NCBI GenBank assembly: GCA_051362555.1
Contig: CM120643.1
Span: 26,602,848 to 26,666,847 of the forward strand
Direction: 5' to 3'
DNA from: Lingula anatina
Taxonomy: Eukaryota > Animalia > Brachiopoda
DNA length: 64,000 nt
Each line of letters starts with the position of its first letter. Position 1 is the first letter of the stretch. Under the pieces are notes generated by a model, which searched no databases, had not been told where the DNA came from, and was given only the letters and a program-made list of their open reading frames with translations. This document shows, piece by piece, positions 12,045-24,626 of this stretch. Made by a program: the position numbers and the translations under genes.

Positions 12045-15000
12045 CTAATCATCCACTCCCTCAGTTGTCCTTTGAGTATCCAAAGATTTCGGTCTCCATA
12101 CTTTTGCCGTAGATCGTGGAAGAGGAGGATTGCCTAAAATGATATCGGCACACTTCTCTGCTGTCATGATGGTCGGCGCATTCAGATTTCCACTGACCAC
12201 GCTCGGCATGATGGAGGCATCCACCACGCGAAGATTCTTGATGCCAAACACCTGCGCCTTGTTGTTCACCACTGCCATTTTGTCATCCTCGGCACCCATT
12301 TTGCAGGTGCATGATGGGTGATAGGCACTGTCACCATAATTCTTAATGTAGGTATCAATTTGCTCATCCGTGGTAACTTGGGAACCAGGCAACAACTCAG
12401 GCCCTCTAAACTCGTCAAAGGCTTTCTGCGCAAATATCTCTCTGGTCAGACGAACTGCAGCCCTGAAATCCACCCAGTCTTCCTCAGTGGACATGTAATT
12501 GGGGTCAAGAATGGGGTGATCATAGGGGTTGGCCGATTTCAGCTTCAAATACCCGCGACTCGGAGACCTCATGGTACCCATGTGACACTGAAAAGCATGG
12601 CGGTCGCCCATCTTGCGCCCGTGGTCGTTGACGGTAGATGGGAGGAAGTGGAACTGTATATTGGGATGCTCAAGGCCTGGTCTCGTCCGTATGAAACCCC
12701 CAGTCTCCAGGTGGGCTGAGGCTCCCCAGCCTTTCTGGGTCAAGAACCACTGGAGACCTATACGGATCATATTGTGTGGGAACTTCCACTGGGCACTGTA
12801 CAGGGTGATGGGCTGGGTGCACTCCTGCTGAAAGTATACCTCCAGGTGGTCCTGAAATGGAAAAATAATTATATTTATTAACAGGTGTTCCATAGCATGC
12901 AATTGACCCCAGCCCAACATCCATATATATGACCAAGTTACATCTAAAAGGTTGTTAACTGAAATTCTGAAAATATTTTTATTTTCCATCTTGAATGATC
13001 TTAAAAATTAACCTTGCCATTTAGAATGTATCTTAAAATGGATTAATATTCATCATTTAAAGACAAAAATACATACCTTATTGGTCTCCTGAAATGTGTG
13101 AAAAGTTGCCAAACCAACTGTCTAGTGGTTTTAAGTGCCAATTTCTTCTACTGTTTAATACTTTTAACACAAGTTTGATTCCGCATGCATTATAAACAGT
13201 ACTATACACAGGTATATTACTATAGGTTTAATACTTACCTGTAAGTTCTGCCCCACCCCAGGCAGATGCTGTACCACAGGTATATAACTATAGGTTTAAT
13301 ACTTACCTGTAAGTTCTGTCCCACTCCAGGCAGGTGCTGTACCACAGGTATGTCCAACTTTTTCAGGTCGTCAGCGTCACCCACACCAGACAACATCAGT
13401 AGCTGAGGAGAGTTGATAGCTCCACCAGACAGAATGACTTCCTTCTCTGCTCTTACATGCTTCAACTAGGAGGACATTAATATTCATTTGTAATAATAAT
13501 AAGAAGAAGAAGAAAAAGAAGAATGTGTGTATCACATCTTTCAGTCCCACAAAACAGTGGTATAAAGAGCAACAAGATGTCTTCCACATGAGGCAAGCCT
13601 GACCATACCGTTGAAGATCTTGGGGTTAACTGACATCAACAACAGTTAAAAATAGTAAAAATAATAATGTTAAAATGAAAATGTAAGATTCCACACTTAA
13701 TCTTAACTATTTAAATCAAAATTGGTAAGAACTGATGTGAGAAATAAAATTTCTTAAATATCTGAAAATGTTTTTTTTAATTCTGCAAAAAAAAAAAAAA
13801 AAAAAAAACCATAAAACCATGAAATCCTTCTCACCTCTGCCCCTCTCTTCTGCTTGTATTCCACACCAACAGCTCTGTTCCCTTGAAACAGCACGCGGTG
13901 AGTCATGGCCAGTGACTGGACGGACAGATTACTGCGGTCTAGGGCTGGACGTAGGTAGCCCTGGGAGGCACTCCAGCGTTTGCCATTATGTATGGTCATG
14001 TCCATGGGGCCAAAGCCTTCCTGCTGGTAGCCATTCATATCTGGAGTGTAGGGGTAGCCTGCTTGTAGAGCTGGAATATAATAATAATAATAATAATAAT
14101 AATATTCAGATTAATATAAGATGGAAAAGAGGAGGGAAAACAAAGATAATGATAAGAATTTTATCTCAGATAAAGAAGACAGCAATGATGATGGACATGA
14201 CAATGAAAAAGCTTCAAATCACTACTGATGCCTCAATAACGGCGCTGTGTTGGTGATCAAGTACGTTAATTATATAATTACCAGCATCCACAAAAGCCTT
14301 GAACAAAGGGTTGTTAGTCTTCCCGTGTGACACATGCAGAGGTCCGTCACCTCCTCTGTACTCATCAGCCCCGCAATCATCATGCGTCTGCGCCTTACGA
14401 AAATAAGGCAAACAGTCAGCATAGGACCAACCAGCGGCACCCTCTTTCTCCCACCTGTCGTAATCATATGCATGTCCACGAATGTAGACCATGGCGTTGA
14501 GGGCAGAGGAGCCTCCCCAAACACGACCACGAGGCCAGTACATGACGCGGTCGTTCATGTGCTTTTGAGGAACGGTATGGTAGTACCAGTTATATTTGTC
14601 ATCACACAGGTTGTACATCAAGGCTGCAGGCATGTGGATTTTCCAGTTCCACCACTTATCCTCCGGCCCTGCCTCCAGGACCAGGACTCTGTTGTTTGGG
14701 TCCGCTGACAGCCGATTGGCCAACACACACCCTGCGGATCCTGCGCCAACAATTACGTAGTCGTAGGTGTCAGCACCTGAGGAGACAGAGGTAGAGTACT
14801 GGCGTTGTGATGAAGAGACAGGATTCCCTGATGAAGTCAAAAACCCTCGCTTCTGCTGATTTGTTATGCCTACTTTGCCAGAGCCTTTGACAGAAGAGGA
14901 ATCTTTAACCTCTGATTGGTCCAGCTCTGCTTCATGCTGCTCCAGGATTTGGCGATGATCCTCCGGCAACAACAGCCCCAAGACCTCCCTGATACTAGGA

Positions 15001-16917
15001 ACCACATGATCAGCATGTGACTCGAGATCTTCCGCACTACTCACTCCTGTCAACACCCCCACTGTTTTGGCCACATTCGCCATCTTGCCCATGCCAATAT
15101 CAGACATGGTGTCCCCAACCACAAAAGTCTCTGATGGATCAACATCAAGGCACTCGCAAATCTTCCTAACAGCATCGGGGGATGGTTTGAAGAGACCGTC
15201 GCGGTCGTCACCGCACACCATGGTGTCCACGTAAGGCATGATGCCAAGTTCTTTGAAGATATTCAGCGTGACATCTCTAGGATTGGAGGTACAAATGGCT
15301 ATTTTGACGCCATATTCTTTCAGGGTCTTAAACATGGCTACAAGGTTCCCCACGGGTTTTGCACTCTCATAGTGGCTGGAGTCGCTGCATTCATTGTAGC
15401 TCTGCTCTATCACTTGCTTGGCCCTGGTACCATCAAGATTAAATTTTAGATTAGGTGGTAATTTATAAATTGCTTGCTTAACATCTGATTATTCTAAAAT
15501 GATAGCTACAACAAAATATATAATGTAAAATAATATTGCATATCTCAACTTTCTATCCTACATCAAAAACAGTCTCTCAAAATGACAAAAAAACCATTTC
15601 CATTTTAAAATACTTGACAGTAAAATAAAATCAGATTTGTCCCATAACTGAATTAAATTCAATTTTAATAATTTATACAGACAAACCTATATATGTAGTG
15701 ATTATTTCACTCCCTGCATTTGTAGACTTATACATCAACAAAAGTTTGACATCTTCTTCAGCCTCTCCAGTAATTAGATAAAAAAATTTGAAAAATTTAC
15801 ACACACACCTGTATCTGTACATGCCCTGATCACAGAGAATATCTTCTAATCGATGGCACATCTCTGAGTGGGTGGCCTCCGCCCATAGTCCAGGACCAAA
15901 CTTGCCGCTCTCTGTGGAAAACCCCAACATGGAGTACACCTTGTCTCCAAGGTTCAGGCCACTGTTGACCTCCAGTCTGGGTAAAAATACAATTAAGACA
16001 TCATTATTTTAAGGTTCAGATCACTGTTGACCTCCAGTCTGGGTAAAATACAATGAGGACATCATTATTTTAAGGTTCAGGCCACTGTTGACCTCCAGTC
16101 TGGGTAAAAATACAATTAAGACATCATTATTTTAAGGTTCAGTCTGGGTAAAATACAATGAGGACAGCATTATGTTAAGGTTCAGGTCGCTGTTGACCCC
16201 CAGTATTGGTAAAATACAATGAGGACATCATTATTTCAAGGTTCAGGTCACTGTTGACCTCCATTCTGGGTAAAATACAATGAATGAATACATTATTTTA
16301 AGGTTCGGGTCATTATTTGAAGGATCAGGCCATTGTTGAAGGGAATTCTTAATAGATCTAAATTCAGAAAAAAAAAAAAAATCTGAGTTAAGATTTATAT
16401 TGTACCATAGCTAAGTCCATACTAACCTCTGTTTCAGTTTCTTGATCCACTCTGGCCAGTAACTATTGAAGTACACCAAGGAGCCATCTTTATCAAAGAT
16501 GACCAGTGTGGCCTTCTTACCAGGTCTGATAGCCACTGACCGCCTGGGCTTGACCGCTCCTCTCTGGTCAGCTCCAGTCTGTGGACAGAATAAGGGCAAC
16601 TTATAATATAAATAAATTTTAGGCACGCATACTAGTATCTCAAGAAATTATCATTTCTCAAATAGACTGGACAATCTTATGCTGTGTTGGAAATGTACAA
16701 CTCGTATTTTGATCTAAAAGTTTAAACCATTTCTTGGCCAAGTTCCTTAAATTTGTGAAACTGGCCCCACAACAAATGAAGTAAACAACTACTTACAAGG
16801 AACTGTTGGTCTAAAACAGCACCAATTCGAATCCATTTCTTGTTCAAAGTCATATCCATCTATTGCACTACTGCCAATTTACCTTCAGTTGGTGATTTAC
16901 CTTGGCTCAAAGTCGTC

Positions 16918-16948
<31 letters not shown>

Positions 16949-19900
16949 GTCAATGGTTATTTTGTGTAAAAAGTAAGGGTCAAGGGAAGTTACTTTAATG
17001 AATACATTACACATATCAGAGTGAAGAAGTGAGACCAGACACACTGCATGTATCTTTCAAAGTTTGTAGCAGAACTGGTGGTCACTATGTGTATATAATA
17101 ATAATAACGATAACAAATATAGCACCTACCTGAGGTGGATAGCGCACCTGTCCATCTTCAGCCACCAGGGAGTAGTTTTTGTGGACCTCAGCTGGTAAAA
17201 TGAGGGGGACAATGTCCATCAGGCGGTCCACCACCACATCAGCGTGGGGCTCCAGCTCCTCCCTGGGGGTCACACCTGGGCAGGGAGAGATAGGGGAGAC
17301 ATATGGGGCATTGCTAACTGCCTGATTGTTTAAACAGGGTTTATAGAAGTCTACCAAATTTCTAAAAATTGGTCAAGTTTTTAGAACTAAACTTGGTGCA
17401 TTTTTTTTTTAAAGATTCATTCATAGAAAAATTAAGTATTGTCTGAATAGTTAGCCTTATTTTTCATGTCATAATATAATTATATATCACCAACAGTATC
17501 ACAAAGAGTTACTTATTTTGGTTCATAGTAGATTTAAATTTTCCTCCTAATGTTTTACAGAGAAATGTACCAGCCCCTGCTTTATCTGTGCTGTGATCCT
17601 AAAACTAAATTTCTTACAGACTGCAGAAGCCATCTTATAATTAGAAGTAGCAATAAAAATTTTGTCAGTAATCCCTCTTTTCTAAATATTTTCAAAAATG
17701 TCTTTAGACAGAGTAAACTTTTTCAGTCATTGACAAAATATCTACAGACAAAAGCTTTGATCTCATCTTTATCAGGTTTACCTGTGCTGACCCCTATACT
17801 TCCGCCCAGGTTAGCCAGACGTCCCATGCCAACATCAGCAAGAGAATCTCCAACCATGATCGCCTCTGAGGGGTCCACATTCAACTCACTGCAGATCATA
17901 TTTGCATTATACTGAGCTGGTTTGGGGATATTATCTATATCATCCCCGCAAACCAGTCTGTCTATCTGCGATAAGAGTCCCAAACTTTCCAATGACTGAA
18001 GCGTTCCGTACCTCGAGTCTGATGTGCATATTGCGATCTTCATATCGTGCTCTTTGAGCACCCTAAAGAGGGTATGCAAGTCATCGAGAGGTCGTAATGA
18101 CTCTTTACTCGTGTGGTCAGCCTCAACGTAGCTGTCCTTGACAATCTGGACTGCCCTCTCCTTGTCTATCCCTTCAGACACCAGTAAATTCTGAAGCCTT
18201 TGTTTTACCATGGCTGACGTACCCTCCGCCAGCACTCCTGGCTCTACGATGTTCTTCTGGTTGCAGTAGCCAAACACTTCATACACTTTGTCTGCTATTT
18301 TCAGGCCAGAGCCTTCTTCAATTCTGAAGTTTAATTAGATGCTAAGTGTACTTTTTGCAATGTTTTAACATAATTCAATCTTGGGAGGTAATTTTGACCT
18401 AAAGACAAAAGGCAAATCTCACCTCTTTAAAAAAGGAAGTTGTGTTATTTAAAGTTTGCAAATGTACTTTCAAACTTTCAAAACTGCTTACATGAATCAA
18501 ATTTTCTTGCTCTCTGAAACTCAGGGTGTTACTGGAAATTGCAGAGGCATGCCGACCACAAAGCTTTCCATTACAGCAACCTCTGAAAATCACCGTGATG
18601 CTCTCAGTGCATCTTAAAACTTACTTTTTAGCCACAATTCTTGCCCACGGCCCCCACATTGCATGAAAACATATCATCGTTCCATCCTTGTCGAATATCA
18701 CCAAGGATGCCTTCCTCTTCCTAAACGCCTTCAGTGGTTTCTCTGTTTGCACCTGGTAGTGAGCTTGCTCAATGTCGTGATGTTTGACAGATGTCGAAGC
18801 TGACGCGACTTTAAAGAGGCGATTGTGTGTCGGCTGGCCACGTGCGAATAACGTGTGTACTGAAAAAATAATGATATAATTATAATAAATATAAGTTCAA
18901 GGGCTGAAATTCTTTTCAAGTTACACTCTTTGTTTTCAATTTATGACTATTTAGTTTTATATTCTCATTTATTATTTTAATTTTGTAGCATATGGTGGCT
19001 ATCAAGGACCACATTGATTTGTTGCCTTGTAGTCCAAATTGGGAGTTTTTACTAAAATTTTTAACTTGTATTGATCTCACAAAAAGATTATGAATTATGA
19101 ATGGTTACCAAATTACCAAGATCAAACTCAAACTAATACATGTCATTAACAAAACAACAAAAAAACAACATTCAATTGTTACTCTCTATACAAATATATA
19201 ACTGTCATTTATGGGTACATAATTGAACAGTCAGTGAAATTAAGCATGAACACATATATATACTATATTAGCCACAAATAACCAAGTCTCCATAATCAAA
19301 TGTTAGTAATGTACCAAACTACTTATAGTATACTTTTTCACGAGAAGGAGCAAGGACCATCAAGCCAGGTACAAAAATTCCAAAATAATCAAACACTGGA
19401 CTGTATCAAATCGCATAAAAATAAAATTCATTTCAGTTCAACGAGTGGATACTGTTAACCAAATCAGATATGTAAACTAGTATAGATCAATGATCAATAA
19501 TTTAAAGTATTTCACACATTGTGAGCCAGAATTGTGTTTCATACTTTGGGGCCCATTTCACAAAATAATCTAGTTTAGAAGTGAAATATAAAAGGCTTTC
19601 AAGACTTAGCCTTGTAAGTACTAGTACTGAGTTGTTTCTCAAAGAATAAATAAAAAAAATAATAATACAGTTTGCCTCTTTCAACTACTAATAACTAAAG
19701 CCACTTCAACTACCTGTGAATGCCCTGAAAGGTAATTACACTCAAAGGTGACAGAAGTCCATTTTGCTATGTCACAGTCAAACACATGGATCGCTAGTCA
19801 TTAATACTTTAAAAGCTCCAAGTAGACCAATATCAGAAAGCTGACTATGCTTAGATGGCTATCTGAATTTAGCTGTCTAAGACTTTGTAAATAATTTGTT

Positions 19901-22900
19901 CAGCTGCTGACTACCATTTCTGCTTTAGGACAAAAGATTCTCAGACCCTGGAGTACTAAAAGTCCAATTGGCTGAAAATCAGTTTGGAATTGTTCGGTGT
20001 ACTTTTACCTATGCCCAGGAGGTTAATTTATGCTTTCACCACAATTTGTTAATTTGTCCGTTTGTCACCAACCTTAGTTATTCAAGAATTTAAGGATTAA
20101 TTTTGATAAAATTTTCAGGATAGATCACCAATGGAAAGTGATGAAATTTTGGTGTTGATCTATGACACAAATCGCCATCTCAATGCAATAATTTTTTAAA
20201 AGAATTCTTCGCCATCCTCACCACTGCATGCCTTGGCCAAAGACAGCTCTCTGGGCTAAGATTAAATTGCTGTGCTCCTGCAGGGACAGCATGTGTGAGA
20301 GGTGGGGAGTTATGTCGCATTGCTTTCAAGTGGGTCAGCCATATTTCATCTGTAGATCACTTAGTCTACGGATCAACTTGGGCCACATTCAGAACAGTGG
20401 ACTAACTAGTCCATGGCTAAAATATGATGACTCACTAAAAGGCTTGCCGTCTAATCCGTTAAAAGACATTGAATAGATTCCCCATGGGGAAGAATTCAAG
20501 TGGGTCGGCCATATTTGACCCTGGCTGTAGTTAGTCCACTGTTCCGAATGCGGTCTTGTTCAGAATACACGTAAGTGTTTATACACTAGTTATTATAGTA
20601 AGTAATGAAGTGTGTTAACCTTACGCCTAATAATACACCAACCAGTGCTAGCCCTGAATCTCACTACAACAAGTGTTATTGACATATTAATAAAACCTAG
20701 ACCAGTTCTGGGAGCAGAAATTGTGTTTCTTGTTGACTTGAGTTGAACTAACTCTGATTTGATCCAAATCAGAAATCAGCCTGATTACAATATATTAGCC
20801 CAAACAGAGGCCACTGTGCACAAACAGTGTTTGGTAGATTATAACAGCAGAGTACTGGAGAACCAAAGGATTAGAATGGCTACAATGGTGCACTTATCGT
20901 AATCAGACCACCACCTGAGAGGGACTCAAGTACAGACAGTTCAACTCTGCTGGAAACATGTCTAATAATTTCTAGGATAAGAGGAGAGGAGAGAATAAAA
21001 GGAGGGATGTTCTATCCAAACTAACACCTCTACTGTACTGTACTATTTGCCTCCATTTTGGGGCATTTAGACAGAATCTAACAATTTTTATTTCTTTTCT
21101 TAATATCAAAAAAGAGGGAATCCTCTTAAAGGGATCAATTCCCCATTCCTGCTAGACCTGTGTAACTAATATACCATTTTGCAACCCCAACCTTTGAAAG
21201 TGATTTGAATTTTTAATACTAAATAAATTATATGAAAACATAACACACAGAAAAACAGAAAAATAGAAATGTAAAATCATATGACAATTTTTCCAAAAGG
21301 GTAACTCACAAAAAATGTTAGACAATGTACATATTTCATTTGGCAAAGTTTTTCTAGCCATCACCTACATACATACTAGTACATGCATGCTTCAAGAATC
21401 ATGTACACATTATCATATGTATCTTTAAAATTTTCAGTGAAGCCTCAAAACATTTTTTTTCCAAATATCATGGCATTGCAACATTTCAAAAATTAAAGCC
21501 ATGTATTCTTTAAAGCTATTATTGGTAAAATAAAGAAATAAATAAAGAAATTCAAGCCATGCTTCATGTTTTAAAAGAAAGGTATATGTGAAGCAAAACT
21601 GAGATGGATAAAAAATCAACAGCAACACAATAAACAATTTCTTTAAATTGATATCTCACTCTCATCATACATGCTTACATGCATGCCAAATTATGGAACA
21701 AAAATATAACACAATTAACATTTAATATGTCAGTGTAACCTAACACCATGATCAAGTGCAGGCCTACCCAACTACCAGACTCGGCACCAAATGATCCTGA
21801 ATTTGCGGTTAGATCGGACCACACTATCCGTTTTCAAGGTTTCTATCAGAACGCTCTTTGAAGTATCAGATGTAACGCCACTCATGCCTAGAATGAGATG
21901 TGATAGTGATGATTCTCAGCGGGGTTGGAAAGTAGTGCATCTCATCTCAAAATTTGTTCCGGGGTATGATACAGTGAAATGCGTACTGATGCACTCCTTG
22001 AAAACGGGTAGTGTGGTCCAATCTACCCGTGAATTCCGGCTCATTTGGTGCTGAGTCTGGTAGTTGAGTAGGCCTGAAGTGGAGCAGTCACACTTTAACT
22101 ACTGAACAATTTACCCCTTGCATCTGGTGAGAAACTACTCTGTACTTCCAATAAATATATTTGGTAACCATCTATAAGAGAAGAATACAATAAAAATAAA
22201 CTTTTCCTGAAAGAAAATTGATAATTAAAAAAAAAAAAGGATTTACTTTGTCCATAACTGCTTTAATGTCAGCTATGTGTGCTGAATTATTTGAAATCTG
22301 GAAGTTATAAATATGAGGACTCTGTCTAAACATTCAAAATTCTTTGGTTGCCTGTTTTCTGATAAATCATCCAGTATCTATCAGAATTCTTTACAATTTT
22401 AGCACAACCTTTCAGCTAACAAAACAATTCAATTCCTTATACCTCACTCAAAACTCACATGAAAAAATAAATAAATAAAAAAATTCTGGGTTGTAAAAAA
22501 AAGTCTGAAAAAATGGCTGAGTGGCCTTACAACCAATATTCTGGGGTAGCTTGAGGTTGGAAAACTGCCAAAAGAAATTGATTTCTGGCTCAAATAGGAC
22601 AAAAATATCACACACATCCAACAGGTGGTTGGGCCTAGAATTTTTTCTCTAACCATGCATAATTAAATATTTTCAATTCATTTTATATTTTTCTTTTTTT
22701 TTTTTTTACACAAAATTATACAAGCGCGTACCACATCAAGTTTGGGTTGAACACCAATTTCAACTAACTCCCCCAGTAGAAAAAAACTAATAATAGCTGG
22801 TAAGAAATGCTTTGCAACAGTGAGAGTGGCATCAAATTGACTACTAGTAAGTGCATTAAAAAAGCTGCTGAATCCTGTCACACAAAATGTCTTAAGATTT

Positions 22901-23383
22901 TGCACCTGGCATTGACTGCTAAAATCTGTTAGCCACCTATATAATGGTCACTTCGCAACACTACTTTAAAAGAGCTTTCCAAAACACTGACCCACAAAAT
23001 ACAGCTGAGATGCCTAAATAGACCACTTTAACTATTATTAGATATTAATGTCGCTTATATCAAAATTTACTCAAAAGAAGACATCAACTTTTTAGATTCT
23101 TTCAAAACAAGCCACTTCAGGGGCAGATGCAGGCCATCTTCAAAAATGGAGGATGGGTCAACAAATATTTGGAAGACTGTCAGAAAATATCTATGGATTC
23201 TCTCCTGAACTTAGCGTGTTTAAATTCCTAAAAGTGCTAAAGCTGGACTTCATAGTACTTCAGCCATTGGGTGAGGCAGGCTCCAGATGACAGGTAGTCA
23301 GTTTAGTATTCCTCAAGCTAATACTTACTCTTCCACGATGCTCCCCTCCAACGGCGTGACATACATCTTAAACTGGCAGCCAT
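12045..23383 (-). CDS. CHDH: Choline dehydrogenase (GMC oxidoreductase) with an N-terminal mitochondrial-type presequence and two tandem HAD-family phosphatase domains; ~1213 aa, 10 coding exons
   Basis: Exons 23383-23329, 18859-18625, 18323-17782, 17275-17130, 16578-16427, 15976-15809, 15423-14282, 14070-13835, 13465-13307, 12851-12045 total 3642 nt in one open frame, all GT-AG. CHDH motifs: [56 protein letters not shown] motifs: FDKDGT and FDKDGS. Confidence 0.88.
14960..16578 (-). CDS. HAD phosphatase domain 2 of the HAD-HAD-CHDH protein
   Basis: Motif [11 protein letters not shown], motif II ICTSN, motif III FKPSPD, motif [10 protein letters not shown], then GVLTG...HADHVV. It runs into CHDH within the same exon. 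Confidence 0.85.
15949..16340. repeat. ~60-bp minisatellite (about 6 degenerate copies) made of a duplicated intron/exon acceptor junction
   Basis: Unit AAGGTTCAGGCCACTGTTGACCTCCAGTCTGGGTAAAAATACAATTAAGACATCATTATTTT; the first copy overlaps the start of the exon at 15976. Confidence 0.85.
17130..18859 (-). CDS. HAD phosphatase domain 1 of the HAD-HAD-CHDH protein (3 exons)
   Basis: Motif [11 protein letters not shown], motif II ICTSD, motif III PKP, motif [10 protein letters not shown], and C-terminal GVSTG...HADVV. Confidence 0.85.
20381..20555. mobile_element. MITE (Harbinger-like ends); second copy at 23863-24042
   Basis: TIR GGCCACATTCAGAACAGTGGACTAACTA / TAGTTAGTCCACTGTTCCGAATGCGGTC; interior is homologous to 23863-24042. 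Confidence 0.7.
21759..22076. mobile_element. Palindromic MITE with 5-bp TSD
   Basis: TIR CAGGCCTACCCAACTACCAGACTCGGCACCAAATGA / TCATTTGGTGCTGAGTCTGGTAGTTGAGTAGGCCTG. AAGTG on both flanks (21754-21758 and 22077-22081). Confidence 0.85.
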
Positions 23384-23862
23384 GATGCTCCTCGGTTTGC
23401 TTCACAGATATATACTTAATGCTGGAACACAAGATTAAAAGTACTAGTTAAGTTTTTTTTAAATTATGTATTATAATGTTCAATTATACAAGGTTTATGA
23501 TAAGCAGTCTACATATTTACAGTAGCAATATAAAGCAAATATGCATTTTTGGCAATGAAAATAAATATTAGGGACTACTCTTAGATGTGTTTGGGCATCT
23601 TTTTCAAAAATTTCACTCGAGTCCAATTAGTACAAGTATCATGGTTTTCAACATTCTAAATTACATTAAAATTCGTCATATATTTTGGGTTTACATAGAA
23701 AAAAATATAAAACTTGAGTCTATTGCTCTAAATAATGGAGATAATTAGTTTAAGGGTTCATTCAGAACAAGTTGATCCATGGAATAACTGATCTGAGGAT
23801 CAAATATGGAAGACTTGGAAGCTTGCTCTCTCCTTATAAACAAAAAATAGATTCTCCACAAA

Positions 23863-24042
23863 GGCCACATTCAGAACAGGGGACTAACTAGTTGGAGGGT
23901 CAAATATGGCGACCCACTACAAAGATTGCCGTCTAATCCACTAATAGACAATGAACAGATATCCTGTCAGTGTGGGCAAGTATTCAAGTGGGTCAGCCAT
24001 ATTTGACCCTAGGACTAGTTAGTCCCCTATTCTGAATGGGGC
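23863..24042. mobile_element. MITE, same family as 20381-20555
   Basis: TIR GGCCACATTCAGAACAGGGGACTAACTAGT / ACTAGTTAGTCCCCTATTCTGAATGGGGCC. Confidence 0.75.
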
Positions 24043-24116
24043 CACAATAAGCTTTCAAGTGGGTAGGCCATATTTGATCTGTTACTCTGCGGATCAACTT
24101 TGGTTGTGAATGCGGT

Positions 24117-24357
24117 CTAAGACTTAAACTGCTCCTGCTGTCTCTACTTCTACTGCAAGTATACTAGTCAACTGTATACTGTTACTTACTAACTGTCCCT
24201 AAGACTTAAACTGCTCTTGCTGTTTCTACTTCTACTGCAAGTATACTAGTCAACTGCATGCTGTTACTTACTAACTGTCCCTAAGACTTAAACTGCTCAT
24301 GCTGTCTCTACTTCTACTGCAAATATACTAGTCAACTGTATGCGGTTACTTACTAAC
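24117..24357. repeat. ~82-bp tandem repeat, 3 copies
   Basis: CTAAGACTTAAACTGCTC...GTTACTTACTAAC starts at ~24117, 24200 and 24281. Confidence 0.9.
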
Positions 24358-24563
24358 GTAGTTGTCAGCAACTTGAGATCTTCCTATATTTCACACTCAC
24401 TTATCAATTCTCCAGACAGTTTACTTGGGCACACTTTCACTTTGTTTTTCCTCCTGCAAACAAAAGAACAAATATCTCCAGACTCTAGAAGGGCTGCTTA
24501 TTGAAGACACCTACAATATGGAACAAGCTCAAGTACCTTTCCCTTAATAACAAACCACCAAAA

Positions 24564-24567
24564 CAAA

Positions 24568-24625
<58 letters not shown>
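24564..24625. repeat. (AAAT)n microsatellite
   Basis: Direct inspection. Confidence 0.9.

Positions 24626-24626
<1 letters not shown>

Noticed and set aside
12130-14708. Plus-strand ORFs overlapping CHDH exons (also 56985-57521 and antisense ORFs in the BEL element)
   Set aside because: They are shadow ORFs of real coding sequence with no independent motifs.
14282-18859. Bacterial contamination or recent horizontal transfer of the HAD/betA-like region
   Set aside because: Spliceosomal introns throughout, a mitochondrial presequence and animal neighbouring genes argue against it. An ancient bacterial origin of the HAD cannot be judged without a phylogeny.
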